DNA of 48,800 nt from an uncultured bacterium (GCA_964010765.1 CAXGMD010000016.1:1-48800); one strand, 5' to 3'; shown: positions 9,790 through 19,608, counted from the first letter of the stretch. Numbers and translations: made by a program. Notes: a model not told the origin generated them from the letters alone.

Positions 9790-10962
9790 TCAGTTGAGCA
9801 GTCCCCGACGAGCCAGATTACGCATCAAATCTGCAGTGCCAAAGGTCCAGGGAGGACAGTCCGGACTGAGGGCCACCTGGTTGCTGAGCGCACCGAGACA
9901 AGGAGTCTTGATGGTCACCCAATCCCCAACCTTATGAGTGAAGCCTCCCCCCGGAGTATCTCGGTCCTTCGTAGGCGCAAACATCGTTCCCAAAAACAGT
10001 ACCAGGCCATCCGGATACTGATGATGAGAGCCAATCGTCGCCTGAGTCAACTCTTCAGGACTCCGGCTGATCCGGTTCATGGAACTGCTTCCCTCCAAAC
10101 GGAATCCTTCGGGGCCGACGATTTCCAACTGTACCTCCGCTTGCTTGACATCTTCCAAGCTGAAATTCTCATCAAACAACCGCAGGAACGGACCCAGTGA
10201 GCAACTAGCGTTGTTGTCTTTGGCCTTCCCCAACAACAGGGCTGAGCGTCCTTCCACATCTCGTAGATTGACGTCGTTACCCAGCATCGCACCCACAATT
10301 TCTGCACGACTATTAATCGCCAGCACCACTTCTGGTTCCGGATTATTCCAACTGGAAATTGGGTGCAGGCCAACCCAGGCGCCCAAACCAACGGAAGCCA
10401 TCGGCTGAGCCTTGCTGAAGACCTCTGGATCCGGACCAATGCCGACTTCGAGGTACTGTGACCAGAGTTTTCGCTCAATCAGTAATTGTTTCAATTCCAG
10501 AGCAGCCTCTGAGCCCGGTTTGACCTGGGAAAGGTCTGAGCCAATTCGGCTCTGAACCTCTTCTCGAATCCGTTCTGCCTGCTTGGCATCTCCCTTGGCC
10601 TGCTCCTCGATGACCCGCTCCAGCAAGCTCTCGGCAAAGGTCACCCCACAGGCCTTGACCGCCTGCAAGTCAACCGGCGCCAATAAACGGGGACGATCAG
10701 GATTCACTGTGGGCTCCAGTGAGTTTGCCAAAATTTCTACCAACGAGCCCAGGCTAGGCCCTGTAGTTTGAGCCACTGCAGCTGCTGGATCAGACTGTTC
10801 CTGCAGATCACGAACAGTTGGGAAAGAGGGAGTGATATCAAGCAAGTCACCATCCCGATAAACTACCACACAAGGCCCAGAGACCTCTGGGTTCCAAACA
10901 CGACCGATCAGGCAGGCTTGCTCTGCATCTGTCGGGAGAATGGCTGCGGCTTCCAGTTGCAT
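9790..10962 (-). CDS. xylX: FAH-family 2-keto-3-deoxy-pentonate (xylonate) dehydratase, XylX-like
   Basis: LLAPVDLQAVKACGVTF, LWSQYLEVGIGPD, WNNPEPEVVL, GNDVNLRDVEGRSALLLGKAKDNNASC and WTFG...RNLARRGLL closely match Caulobacter XylX as I recall it. Confidence 0.8.
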   Translation of the reverse strand: MQLEAAAILPTDAEQACLIGRVWNPEVSGPCVVVYRDGDLLDITPSFPTVRDLQEQSDPAAAVAQTTGPSLGSLVEILANSLEPTVNPDRPRLLAPVDLQAVKACGVTFAESLLERVIEEQAKGDAKQAERIREEVQSRIGSDLSQVKPGSEAALELKQLLIERKLWSQYLEVGIGPDPEVFSKAQPMASVGLGAWVGLHPISSWNNPEPEVVLAINSRAEIVGAMLGNDVNLRDVEGRSALLLGKAKDNNASCSLGPFLRLFDENFSLEDVKQAEVQLEIVGPEGFRLEGSSSMNRISRSPEELTQATIGSHHQYPDGLVLFLGTMFAPTKDRDTPGGGFTHKVGDWVTIKTPCLGALSNQVALSPDCPPWTFGTADLMRNLARRGLLN

Positions 10963-10992
10963 CGTTTCTCTCAGTTAGTATAAAATGTGTTT

Positions 10993-12513
10993 TCAGTTCG
11001 TGCTCAAATCGGCAGGCAGCAGAGCGTCTGGGAAATTCTGGTAACAGACGGGCCGGACAAAACGCCGGATGGCCATGGTGCCGACCGAGGTGGCTCCAAA
11101 ATTGGTGGAAGCCGGATAGGGTCCACCGTGCACCATGCTATCGCAGACTTCCACACCTGTCGGAAAGCCATTAACCAACAGGCGTCCCGCCTTGCGCTCT
11201 AGCGTTGGAAGCAGGTCTTGAGCCGCTGGAATGTCTGAATCTTCTAGTTGCAGTGTGCAGGTCAATTGCCCTTCCAGGGCCTCAGCAATTTGTAGCATTT
11301 CCTCTGGACTTTCCGCTCGAACTACCATACCCAGCGGTCCAAAGACCTCGTGGCCAAGCTCTGGATTTGCTAGCCAATTTGCTGCAGTGGTCTCCAACAA
11401 GTAGGGACTGCCGCTACGCTCTAATCCCTCACTGGTCAACAACGCGGTTACCCCACTGACTCCCCGCATTCGTTGGCAACCCTGGCGATAGGCATTGGCA
11501 ATGCCATCAGTCAACATCGTTTGCGCGGTGACACCAGCTAGTGCTTCCTGGCTGGCTTTGACGAAGGCATCTGCATCACTACCAGAGAGTACTATTGCAA
11601 TACCAGGATTCGTACAGAATTGACCGACTCCCATTGTCAACGAGCCTGCCCAGCCCTGGCCAATCGCTTGGGCACGCTGAGCCAATGCACCTGGCAGCAT
11701 GAAGACCGGATTGATACTACCCATCTCGGCAAAGAATGGGATGGGCTCTGGACGTTGCGCACAAAGATCGAAGAGAGCCCGTCCTCCGCGTAAAGATCCA
11801 GTGAAGCCCACGGCTTTGATGCAGGGATGCTCGACTAGTGTCTGGCCAACATGTCGTGCGTTTCCTTGAACCAGGCTGAAGACACCTGCTGGCATCTTTG
11901 TAGCCTCAATTGCAGCCCTAATCGCATCCGCCACAATTTCACAAGTGCCTGGATGTGCTTCATGTCCCTTGACAACCACAGGACAACCCGCAGCGAGAGC
12001 AGAAGCGGTATCACCTCCTGCCGTGGAAAAGGCCAATGGGAAGTTCGAGGCACCAAAAACCGCCACTGGACCCACCGGACGCTGAACCATCTTTAGGTCA
12101 GGTCGTGGGAGAGGTTGACGATCTGGCAAAGCCCCATCATGCCGTCGGTCCAGGTAGTCCCCATTCAAAATGTGCTGAGCGAACAATCTCAGTTGGCCTG
12201 TCGTTCGGCCTCGTTCACCTTGAAGTCGGGCTGCAGGTAAGCCAGTTTCGCTGGTTCCAATCTCAGTAATAGCATCACCTCGTGCCTCAATCTCATCAGC
12301 AATCGCATTGAGCAGTTCGGCTCGTTGCTGCCGAGACGTTTGAGAAAAAGAGGCAAAGGCGGCTTCTGCAGCGACACATGCCTGATGTACCTGTTCTTCC
12401 GTCGCCACGCTGAAGGATTGTGGGGCTCCGCTGACTGGTTGCGAAGCGAAACTGTCCAGGCTACGGACCCAGTTACCATTGATCAGGTTGGCGCCTTGTG
12501 GAATAAAGCTCAT
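10993..12513 (-). CDS. NADP-dependent aldehyde dehydrogenase, alpha-ketoglutaric semialdehyde dehydrogenase type
   Basis: VAVFGASNFPLAFSTAGGDTASALAAGCPV, GQFCTNPG, HGGPYPAST. ATG 12513 with GGAGA upstream. Adjacent to xylX. Confidence 0.88.
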   Translation of the reverse strand: MSFIPQGANLINGNWVRSLDSFASQPVSGAPQSFSVATEEQVHQACVAAEAAFASFSQTSRQQRAELLNAIADEIEARGDAITEIGTSETGLPAARLQGERGRTTGQLRLFAQHILNGDYLDRRHDGALPDRQPLPRPDLKMVQRPVGPVAVFGASNFPLAFSTAGGDTASALAAGCPVVVKGHEAHPGTCEIVADAIRAAIEATKMPAGVFSLVQGNARHVGQTLVEHPCIKAVGFTGSLRGGRALFDLCAQRPEPIPFFAEMGSINPVFMLPGALAQRAQAIGQGWAGSLTMGVGQFCTNPGIAIVLSGSDADAFVKASQEALAGVTAQTMLTDGIANAYRQGCQRMRGVSGVTALLTSEGLERSGSPYLLETTAANWLANPELGHEVFGPLGMVVRAESPEEMLQIAEALEGQLTCTLQLEDSDIPAAQDLLPTLERKAGRLLVNGFPTGVEVCDSMVHGGPYPASTNFGATSVGTMAIRRFVRPVCYQNFPDALLPADLSTN

Positions 12514-12710
12514 CAGTAGATCTCCAATTGAAAGGAATGACGGAAAAGTCTTCTGGTATATCCGTCTGGACAATTAGGCTGAACGACACAGCCAATACAA
12601 ACAGCGGAACGGTAGCTGACTAAATTCTTAAGGAAGCAAAAAGTCTCTCGAATTTTGCTCCGAACAGCAAGGAAAAGTCTCTGGTAGGCAGTTGATCAAA
12701 CAACTGTTGT

Positions 12711-12917
12711 TCAACCGTGTGAGCGATCAGCTTCTTCTACCAATTTATCGATCTTCTGACGGAAGGCGTCATCCACTGTAAAGTAGTGTCCATCTTCGTC
12801 ATGCACCGAGACACCCGTGCGATGAAACAGTTGAAGGTGTTTCTGGAAAGCACGGATATCTCGAATCGCACAATCTCTTCCCTGATCATCCTGGATATTG
12901 ATAATTTTTAGACTCAT
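12711..12917 (-). CDS. Small hypothetical protein (68 aa)
   Basis: ATG with GGAGGT just upstream. Fills an otherwise empty gap; globular composition. Confidence 0.7.
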   Translation of the reverse strand: MSLKIINIQDDQGRDCAIRDIRAFQKHLQLFHRTGVSVHDEDGHYFTVDDAFRQKIDKLVEEADRSHG

Positions 12918-13079
12918 GTTACCTCCGATTACTGAATGAAAATATGAACGATGGGGATTTTTGATTGAATCGAGATGACTTACCGTCTGACCATCCTGAC
13001 AAAATCGATTAGCAAGGGATTCCCAGTCAGTACATTCTATTGATTTATAACATCAATCAAAAATTCATTGAGAAAACGC

Positions 13080-14924
13080 TCAAGGCTGGTTCTCTATGCT
13101 AGATGCCTGTTGTTCTTGAGCCTCACTCTTCTGCTGTTTCTTCCACATTTCTGAGTACTCCCCTCCGAGCTTCAGCAGCTCTTCATGACGACCTCTTTCC
13201 ATGATCTCCCCTTGTCGGAGAACAAGAATTTCATCAGCATCAATGATCGTGGAGAGGCGGTGAGCTACGATCAGTGTTGTCCGTTCCTTGGAAACCTCAC
13301 GCAAGGATTCCTGGATTTCCTTCTCTGTGTGAGAATCCAAGGCCGAGGTGGCCTCGTCAAAGATCAGAATGCGTGGGCCCTTGAGAATGGTTCTAGCAAT
13401 CGCAACCCGTTGTTTTTCTCCTCCAGAGAGCTTCAGACCACGTTCGCCCACCTCAGTTTCGTAGCCCTTGGGCAAACTCTCCACAAAGCCATGGATCTGG
13501 GCCAATTGAGCAGCTTCCTGCACCTGCTCCCAAGGTGCCTCTGGGTTACCATAGTGAATGTTATAGGCAATCGTATCGTTGAACAGTACGGTATCCTGAG
13601 GCACTACGCCGATCGCTTTGCGCAAACTCAATTGGCTGACATCTCGGATATCTTGCCCATCGATAGTGATTCTCCCCTGATCGACATCATAAAATCGGAA
13701 CAAGAGTCGTGAAATCGTTGACTTGCCAGAACCACTGGGCCCAACAATAGCGACAGTTTTCCCTGGTGGGACCTGAAAGCTAATATTTTTCAGAATCCCG
13801 CGTTCCTCACTGTAACCAAAGGAAACATTCTCGAAGTCAATCTGACCCGGACCAACCCCCAATTCCCGGGCATTCGCAGCATCCACTACATCCGGTTTGT
13901 GCTCCAGCAACTCGAACATCTTGTCCATATCCACCAGACTGCGTTTGATTTCTCGATAGACCACCCCCAGAAAATTCAGCGGCAGGTACAGTTGGATCAG
14001 GAAAGTGTTGACCATCACAAAGTCACCGATCGTGTTGTCTCCGCTGATCACTCCGGCAGCAGCCATCCACATCACGAGAATCAACCCGACCGCTACAATT
14101 GCGCCTTGCCCAAGATTCAGTAACGACAAGCTCGTCTGACTGGTCACGGCAGCCTTTTCATAACCGGCTAGTGCTTCATCATAGCGGCGATATTCATGTT
14201 CCTCGTTGTTGAAGTACTTGACCGTCTCAAAGTTGAGGAAGCTATCAATCGCCTTGGTGTTGGCTTCCGAATCCTTTGCGTTCATTGTTCGTCGAAACTG
14301 TAGCCGCCAATCCGTAATGATTTGTGTGAACAGGACATAGGCCACGATCGTACCTGCCGTAGCTGCCGAGAAGCGCCAATCAAACTGCACAAAAAGAATC
14401 ACCGTGACCATCGTGATCTCGATCAACGTTGGCAAGATGTTGAAGAGAATAAAACGCAGCAGAAATTGTATTCCCCCCACTCCTCGCTCAATCACTCTCG
14501 AGAGGCCACCTGTCTGCCGTTCCAGATGAAATTTGAGCGATAGTTGATGCACATGTCGAAAAGTGGACAAGGCAATCTCTCGCTGAGCGTGTTGAGATAC
14601 TCGAACAAAGATGAAGTCTCGAAATTCCACAAAGGCCTGCTGGAGCAAACGGGCACCCCCATAAGCGAGGATCACTCCGAGAGGAAGGACCAGCAGAGTC
14701 TCCTCAAGTGACAGCTGATCGACTGCTTCCTTGTAGAGAAACGGCACATAAACCGTCACTACCTTGGCCAGTGCAAGACTCGCCAGCGCCAGAATTACTC
14801 GAATTTTGAGATCCAGACGGCCTTGGGGCCAGAGATAGACAACCAAGGACTTCAGGGTTCGTAGGTGATTTTTACGTTCTTCTGAGCCAGTCGGTTCAAA
14901 AGAGGAAGTGCTGAATGATCTCAT
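13080..14924 (-). CDS. atm1: ATM1/ABCB7-type fused ABC exporter (permease + ATPase)
   Basis: FHLERQTGGLSRVIERG, NFETVKYFNNE, QLYLPLNFLG; Walker A GPSGSGKST, LSGGEKQR, DEATSALD. Confidence 0.9.
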   Translation of the reverse strand: MRSFSTSSFEPTGSEERKNHLRTLKSLVVYLWPQGRLDLKIRVILALASLALAKVVTVYVPFLYKEAVDQLSLEETLLVLPLGVILAYGGARLLQQAFVEFRDFIFVRVSQHAQREIALSTFRHVHQLSLKFHLERQTGGLSRVIERGVGGIQFLLRFILFNILPTLIEITMVTVILFVQFDWRFSAATAGTIVAYVLFTQIITDWRLQFRRTMNAKDSEANTKAIDSFLNFETVKYFNNEEHEYRRYDEALAGYEKAAVTSQTSLSLLNLGQGAIVAVGLILVMWMAAAGVISGDNTIGDFVMVNTFLIQLYLPLNFLGVVYREIKRSLVDMDKMFELLEHKPDVVDAANARELGVGPGQIDFENVSFGYSEERGILKNISFQVPPGKTVAIVGPSGSGKSTISRLLFRFYDVDQGRITIDGQDIRDVSQLSLRKAIGVVPQDTVLFNDTIAYNIHYGNPEAPWEQVQEAAQLAQIHGFVESLPKGYETEVGERGLKLSGGEKQRVAIARTILKGPRILIFDEATSALDSHTEKEIQESLREVSKERTTLIVAHRLSTIIDADEILVLRQGEIMERGRHEELLKLGGEYSEMWKKQQKSEAQEQQASSIENQP

Positions 14925-14977
14925 TAGTGAAATTCAATGTTCCCCAACAGCATTAAGCTAGTAGAGAAGTTTTACGA

Positions 14978-16348
14978 TTAGTTTTTGCTGGTTTGCAGAC
15001 GAGGTCGCCAATCTGGACTGAATAAGCAGAGAGCCATGCCAATACCGGTTACCAATAATCCAGCGCTGACTCCTGCAAAGACCACTTGAATCGGCCAGTC
15101 CACCAAAACCGCCACAAGACCTACTAGGGAAATAGTCAGGAAGCGTACAACACCAACGCATATCGGCAGCAACAATCGCCCAGTACCCTGACTGGCAAAG
15201 TACAACGCCTGACCAGCACCGAAAAACCCGTAGAACGGTCCGGCAATCGCCAAATACAGCACAGCGACCTCGTAGGCCGCCTCATCTGCCGTGAACCAAT
15301 CCAGCCAAAGTTCTGGAATGACTGCCACCATGATACCAATTCCACCTGTTACCAGAAACGCAATGCTGGCTCCTGCCCAAGCTATGCTGCGAGCTCGCTG
15401 AAAATTCTGAGCACCAACGTTTGCACCAACTCCAGCGGTCAGAGCCGAACCAACTCCAAAGACCAGAGGTGTGAGCATCAACTCCAGTCGGCTTCCCAAA
15501 CCATATCCAGCCAGCGCTGCTGCTCCAAAATGCCCTAAAATTGCCGTAACCACCACTACACTGAAGGCAACGGTGACGTTGTTGATCAGGCCAATTCCAC
15601 CAACACGCATGATATCAATGAAAAAAACCAACCGTAGTGGGGACGGTTTCAGTTGGAGAAGGCCTTTGCCCAAATAGAGATGACTTGCCAGAAAAAGAGC
15701 CATTCCAGCATGGCAGATAATCAAGGCGATTGCCGGACCGATCACTCCCATCTCAGGGAAAGGCCCCCAACCAAGGGTGAATGCACCGGAAAAGAAGATC
15801 TGACAGCTGCTGCCAATGACAAATATCCTAGCTGGTGTAAGTGTGTCTCCACTCCCCCGAAAGACGGCAGCCAGAATATAGAGCATCCAAGTAACAATTG
15901 AACCGCCAAACGCTATTTGGGCATAGCTCACGGCTCCTGTCAGCACTTCACCGGTTCCACCCATTCCTTGAAAAATCTCTTGTGGGAAGAGACCCAAGGT
16001 CAGAATGAAGAGCGATGACATGCTGATACCAATCACCACAGCATGCCAAGCTAGGGCACTCACTTCACTGAGCGTACCTCTCCCAAGCGCTCTGGAAATG
16101 GCCGAAGTCACCCCTCCTCCAATTGCTCCAGCTGCCATAAAGACGATCAATGTTTGAAAAGGAAACACCAGGGCCAGGCTTGCCAGTGCTACAGTTCCCA
16201 AATCTGCGACAAACCAGGCATCGAAGAATGTCACCAGGATCATCATTACGAAACCAAGTACATTTGGTCCAGCCAGTTTCCAGAGCATATAGGAGATTGG
16301 ACCATCCAACAGCAGGGATAGTTGGGGGGAGCTTTTTGGTTGGTTCAT
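14978..16348 (-). CDS. MATE family efflux transporter
   Basis: 12 TM segments. FRGSGDT..P, ALAGYGLGSRLE, GANVGAQ..RA typical of MATE. Confidence 0.9.
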   Translation of the reverse strand: MNQPKSSPQLSLLLDGPISYMLWKLAGPNVLGFVMMILVTFFDAWFVADLGTVALASLALVFPFQTLIVFMAAGAIGGGVTSAISRALGRGTLSEVSALAWHAVVIGISMSSLFILTLGLFPQEIFQGMGGTGEVLTGAVSYAQIAFGGSIVTWMLYILAAVFRGSGDTLTPARIFVIGSSCQIFFSGAFTLGWGPFPEMGVIGPAIALIICHAGMALFLASHLYLGKGLLQLKPSPLRLVFFIDIMRVGGIGLINNVTVAFSVVVVTAILGHFGAAALAGYGLGSRLELMLTPLVFGVGSALTAGVGANVGAQNFQRARSIAWAGASIAFLVTGGIGIMVAVIPELWLDWFTADEAAYEVAVLYLAIAGPFYGFFGAGQALYFASQGTGRLLLPICVGVVRFLTISLVGLVAVLVDWPIQVVFAGVSAGLLVTGIGMALCLFSPDWRPRLQTSKN

Positions 16349-16496
16349 TCCGCCTGCATTGTAGATACGTTCTTGGAGTACTCAACAGGCAGAGGAGGGC
16401 TACTTTACCAAAAGGAACGATTCTCTAGCTGTCTTCAGAAACAGACTAATCGGAAAAGTTAAGAGAAGAAGTGTAGAGTTAGTTACGTTAGGTTGA

Positions 16497-16718
16497 CTAA
16501 ACCCTTTCCTGAATTACGAGGGTGAGCATTGTAAGACATCCAAAAATTACTGTTATTAGAATGATTAGCCAGAACATAGAAACGAGGGCTTTGTCTCGTA
16601 CTAACCATTTCAGATAAGTGTTTGAATGGATCCAGAGAAGTTTGGCAATCTCTGACCAGTGGGATTTGCGAGGTTGTCCCAATCTGTTTCCAACTAGGAA
16701 GGGATGGATGCTTCCCAA
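16497..16718 (-). CDS. Possible small membrane protein or degraded gene
   Basis: 73-codon frame with a C-terminal hydrophobic stretch, but TTG start and no clear RBS. Confidence 0.3.
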   Translation of the reverse strand: MGSIHPFLVGNRLGQPRKSHWSEIAKLLWIHSNTYLKWLVRDKALVSMFWLIILITVIFGCLTMLTLVIQERV

Positions 16719-16780
16719 GCTAAAGAGTAGGCACCAGAACTAATCAGGAGGCCTCTCCTAGCTTGCCTATCTATACCACC

Positions 16781-16984
16781 TCATGTGTTGACTTGTCGCC
16801 TATAGCTGCGCATGAGTAGGATGGTGAGCCAGCAGATGACAAAGATCGTGAAGGAAGTCAACAGCCAGAAATACAAATAATATGAACTCAATGAACCATC
16901 CTTGCCAATGGAGTAGCCAAAGATAAAGACTCCCCAAAATGCAGTTACCATGAGCCACAGCTTGATCAACTTACTCGCCTTCAT
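16781..16984 (-). CDS. Small two-TM membrane protein (67 aa, MKASKLIKLW...)
   Basis: ATG 16984 with GAGGAG upstream. Two hydrophobic helices and a basic C-tail. Confidence 0.65.
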   Translation of the reverse strand: MKASKLIKLWLMVTAFWGVFIFGYSIGKDGSLSSYYLYFWLLTSFTIFVICWLTILLMRSYRRQVNT

Positions 16985-16997
16985 CACTAGATTCTCC

Positions 16998-17147
16998 TCA
17001 AAAAAGTCCAGCAACCTCGATGAGGCTGTTTATCGTCGACAAATATTCCTGTGGATAGTTGTCGCTTCAAAGGAATGCGTACAAGACTAGGTAGCCAACA
17101 TAGAGAAACAGCGGTAGTCCCAAGAACGACCAAGTAAACTTCTTCAT
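16998..17147 (-). pseudogene. Small membrane-protein gene with internal TGA (MKKFTWSFLGLPLFLYVGYLVLYAFL*SDNYPQEYLSTINSLIEVAGLF*), or a 26-aa peptide gene
   Basis: ATG 17147 with GAGGG upstream. In-frame TGA at 17067-17069. Frame stays open to the TGA at 16998, which overlaps the next gene's RBS. Confidence 0.45.
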
Positions 17148-17466
17148 CTAGTCCCTCTTTCAAAAAAATCGAAAGAGCCAACGGCTTTTCCTCACATGAA
17201 AAACTGTATTCGTAGATTTTCCAAAAACAAATTTCTTCGGCCAAATTCGGCAAGAAAAAGAGATTAAAGATGGTTTGTACAATCTGTTTGTTCGAAATCT
17301 TCCTTTCTTTATCTTGCCCTTAGAGAAACCAGCGCTGCAAGAGTTTGCTCGAGCCGAGCATGTTTTATTGGGAAACTACAATTAACCATCAAATTTGTAG
17401 CAGGCCATGTCTTTTACTTCAACCAACAGCACAAAATCTTTGAATCCTATCGGTGTCTTTCAGTCC

Positions 17467-18441
17467 TTACAAACGGAAGCGTGACAAAAAATTCCAAATC
17501 AGCTCATTGGTTCCAAACCCTGCAATTTCAAGATCGAACCAAACGTGTTCGCCACCAACAACTTGGTAATGCTGTACTTCGATACCTCCTTGCCCTTCAG
17601 CATAAATAAAGGAATGCACCGTCTGTCCACTGCTTATCGTTGTTGCCTCAGTGGGAGAGGATTGAGTCTGGTTGAAATCTGCCCAATATTCGACCACACC
17701 TTCCGCAGATACATAGCCACTAGAATCCCCTTTTGGAGTAGTACCATCGTTTGTTGCGTAGGGTAGAATGTAGTCTTGGGTCCCATGCAGTGTAATCACG
17801 GCAGTTGGATGAGGTGGCTGACAAAGATCGCCGATGTCTTCTAACATGGTTCCAGACACCGAACCGACCGCAGCAATCCGTTCACCAAGATAGCAAGCAA
17901 GGCCAAAAGCGAGCATGGCACCATTCGAATATCCGACAGCATAAACTCTTTCTTCATCGATTCGGTAGGTCACGCTCAGGTTGTCGAGTAACGACTCGAT
18001 GAATCCGAAGTCATCCACCGTACTTTTGTTGGTTGCAGATGGTGGAGACGGGTTCCAGTGGGGAGAACCGTCGAGCAAGGATCCTTGGGGGTAAGCAAGC
18101 AGGAATGTTTGCTCTTCTGCAAGTTGACGAAAATCAGCGGTCAACAAATGGTTTGCGGCATAGCCTCCGTATCCGTGGAAATTCAGTAGTAGCGGAACAT
18201 CTTGTGTTCCCTCATAGGACTCTGGCACATAGACCAGTGTTTCCCGGAGGACACCTTCATGGTTTAATTTCAGTCTTGTGGTACCTAGAATATCGACGTT
18301 TGAAGAGTCTTTTAGATCTATCTCTGAAGAATTTTTTGAATCTCTTGAAACGCTACAGCTCCAGAGTTGAAAACAAACAAGTAGGGCAGTCAAAATTTTG
18401 ATAAAGTTTCTCTCGAAAGATTGAATTATGGAGTATTTCAT
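17467..18441 (-). CDS. LpqC/PHB-depolymerase-family esterase, probable lipoprotein
   Basis: Lipobox-like LWSC. LLNFHGYGG, YPQG, GYSNGAM nucleophile elbow, HGTQD, GGEHVW. ATG 18441 overlaps the upstream remnant's stop (ATGA). Confidence 0.88.
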   Translation of the reverse strand: MKYSIIQSFERNFIKILTALLVCFQLWSCSVSRDSKNSSEIDLKDSSNVDILGTTRLKLNHEGVLRETLVYVPESYEGTQDVPLLLNFHGYGGYAANHLLTADFRQLAEEQTFLLAYPQGSLLDGSPHWNPSPPSATNKSTVDDFGFIESLLDNLSVTYRIDEERVYAVGYSNGAMLAFGLACYLGERIAAVGSVSGTMLEDIGDLCQPPHPTAVITLHGTQDYILPYATNDGTTPKGDSSGYVSAEGVVEYWADFNQTQSSPTEATTISSGQTVHSFIYAEGQGGIEVQHYQVVGGEHVWFDLEIAGFGTNELIWNFLSRFRL

Positions 18442-18607
18442 TCCGTTAGCGTTTTGCACAATTCTCTGAGCAGAGACGCCCCATCACCGCTCCAAGCACT
18501 ACCATGCATACATGCGAAGGTCGTGGGATTTGTAGACGCCAATTTTTCAATCAGCATAGCCGCATTTTTGTGTAGGAGAAACCATCCATTGCCTGACGAA
18601 ATGCTGG
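18438..18607 (-). pseudogene. 3' remnant of an MBL-fold metallo-hydrolase (FprA/ODP-like) gene with a frameshift
   Basis: Manual translation gives AFRQAMDGFSYT-(1 nt missing in A-run)-KNAAMLIEKLASTNPTTFACMHGSAWSGDGASLLRELCKTLTE*. This matches the 'LACMHGSAWxGDG' C-terminus I recall for that family. Confidence 0.65.
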
Positions 18608-18865
18608 CTATGAGATTTTATCCATAGAATAAATCGTATCGACAATGTTGTACTTGGCATCAACCTCAGCGGCCTCTGGTGACGACATCATTGCCGTAAA
18701 CATTTCCATATCTGTGACGTTCATTAACCCAACTGCCTTGTGATCATTGATCTTAGCAATCTCCCACTCAGAAACACATTTTTGCATTTCTTTCTCAAAT
18801 TCACCGACCATGGCTTTGAATTCTTCGAACGAACAATCAAAAGTTGTGATCACACAAATATTCAT
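18608..18865 (-). CDS. Small alpha/beta hypothetical protein (DUF3764-like, tentative)
   Basis: 85 aa, GAGGAG RBS, beta-alpha-beta-beta-alpha-beta-like hydrophobic pattern. Confidence 0.7.
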   Translation of the reverse strand: MNICVITTFDCSFEEFKAMVGEFEKEMQKCVSEWEIAKINDHKAVGLMNVTDMEMFTAMMSSPEAAEVDAKYNIVDTIYSMDKIS

Positions 18866-18925
18866 TAAGATTCTCCTCTAATTTTTACGCTGAGCAACTA
18901 ACTCTAAACCTTGAAAGCCACTGAT

Positions 18926-19558
18926 TCAACAATCTTTGCTTTTCAGAGCTTGGCCCTGATAAATACATCCAACAATACGAGGCATGTTCTTCAAGTAGGA
19001 ATGTTCAACTGGTTTCATTACAAAACGCTGTGAGCGAATGATGCTTTCGATAGGTCGATTCAAATGGCACCCATCCCCAATAAAATTTTGAAATGGATTC
19101 ATAAATTCCTGCCAACTTGCTACTTTTGGATCAGGAGACAGACCATGTTCCAAAAAATGGAAACGACCTCCAGGTCTTAGCACCCGCCAAATTTCACTCA
19201 TTGCTTGCTGTACTGAGGCAATGCTACAGAGAGTGAATGTACTGACAACACAGTCAAAACTCTCACTCTCCATAGGCAAAGATTCTCCTTCCAGTTCGTG
19301 CTGACAAATCGGAATATTTGTCTGCGCAATGCGTCTTGCTGCCCTCGCGTGCATCTTTGGGTTGTTATCCACGGCATGTATCTCTTGAACAGTCTCAGGG
19401 TAATGCAACAGATTCAGGCCTGTGCCGAACCCAATTTCTAAAACTCTTCCATGCACCGCTCCCACACAAGATTTTCTGAGGGGCTCTAACTCGCTACTGG
19501 AAAGCGCCCAATCACAGAGGCATGGAAACAGATGTTGAGAGTACAATTTCTGGAGCAT
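18926..19558 (-). CDS. Class I SAM-dependent methyltransferase (METTL7/PmtA-like)
   Basis: VLEIGFGTG, FDCVVSTFTLCS, RVLRPGG, FLEHG, GCHLNR. Confidence 0.9.
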   Translation of the reverse strand: MLQKLYSQHLFPCLCDWALSSSELEPLRKSCVGAVHGRVLEIGFGTGLNLLHYPETVQEIHAVDNNPKMHARAARRIAQTNIPICQHELEGESLPMESESFDCVVSTFTLCSIASVQQAMSEIWRVLRPGGRFHFLEHGLSPDPKVASWQEFMNPFQNFIGDGCHLNRPIESIIRSQRFVMKPVEHSYLKNMPRIVGCIYQGQALKSKDC

Positions 19559-19608
19559 TACGAGTGCTGAAGCTATTTAAACATGCTGATCCTGCAGTCT
19601 AACTAGTC

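Noticed and set aside
13039..13057. TTGAT...ATCAA as an FNR box
   Set aside because: The spacer is 7 nt, not the required 4.
17067..17069. In-frame TGA as selenocysteine or recoded Trp
   Set aside because: No redox-motif context and no obvious SECIS hairpin. TGA is used as a normal stop throughout the window.
16987..17253. 88-aa ORF in the track
   Set aside because: TTG start without RBS and no recognisable features. An overlapping frame has a better RBS and ATG.
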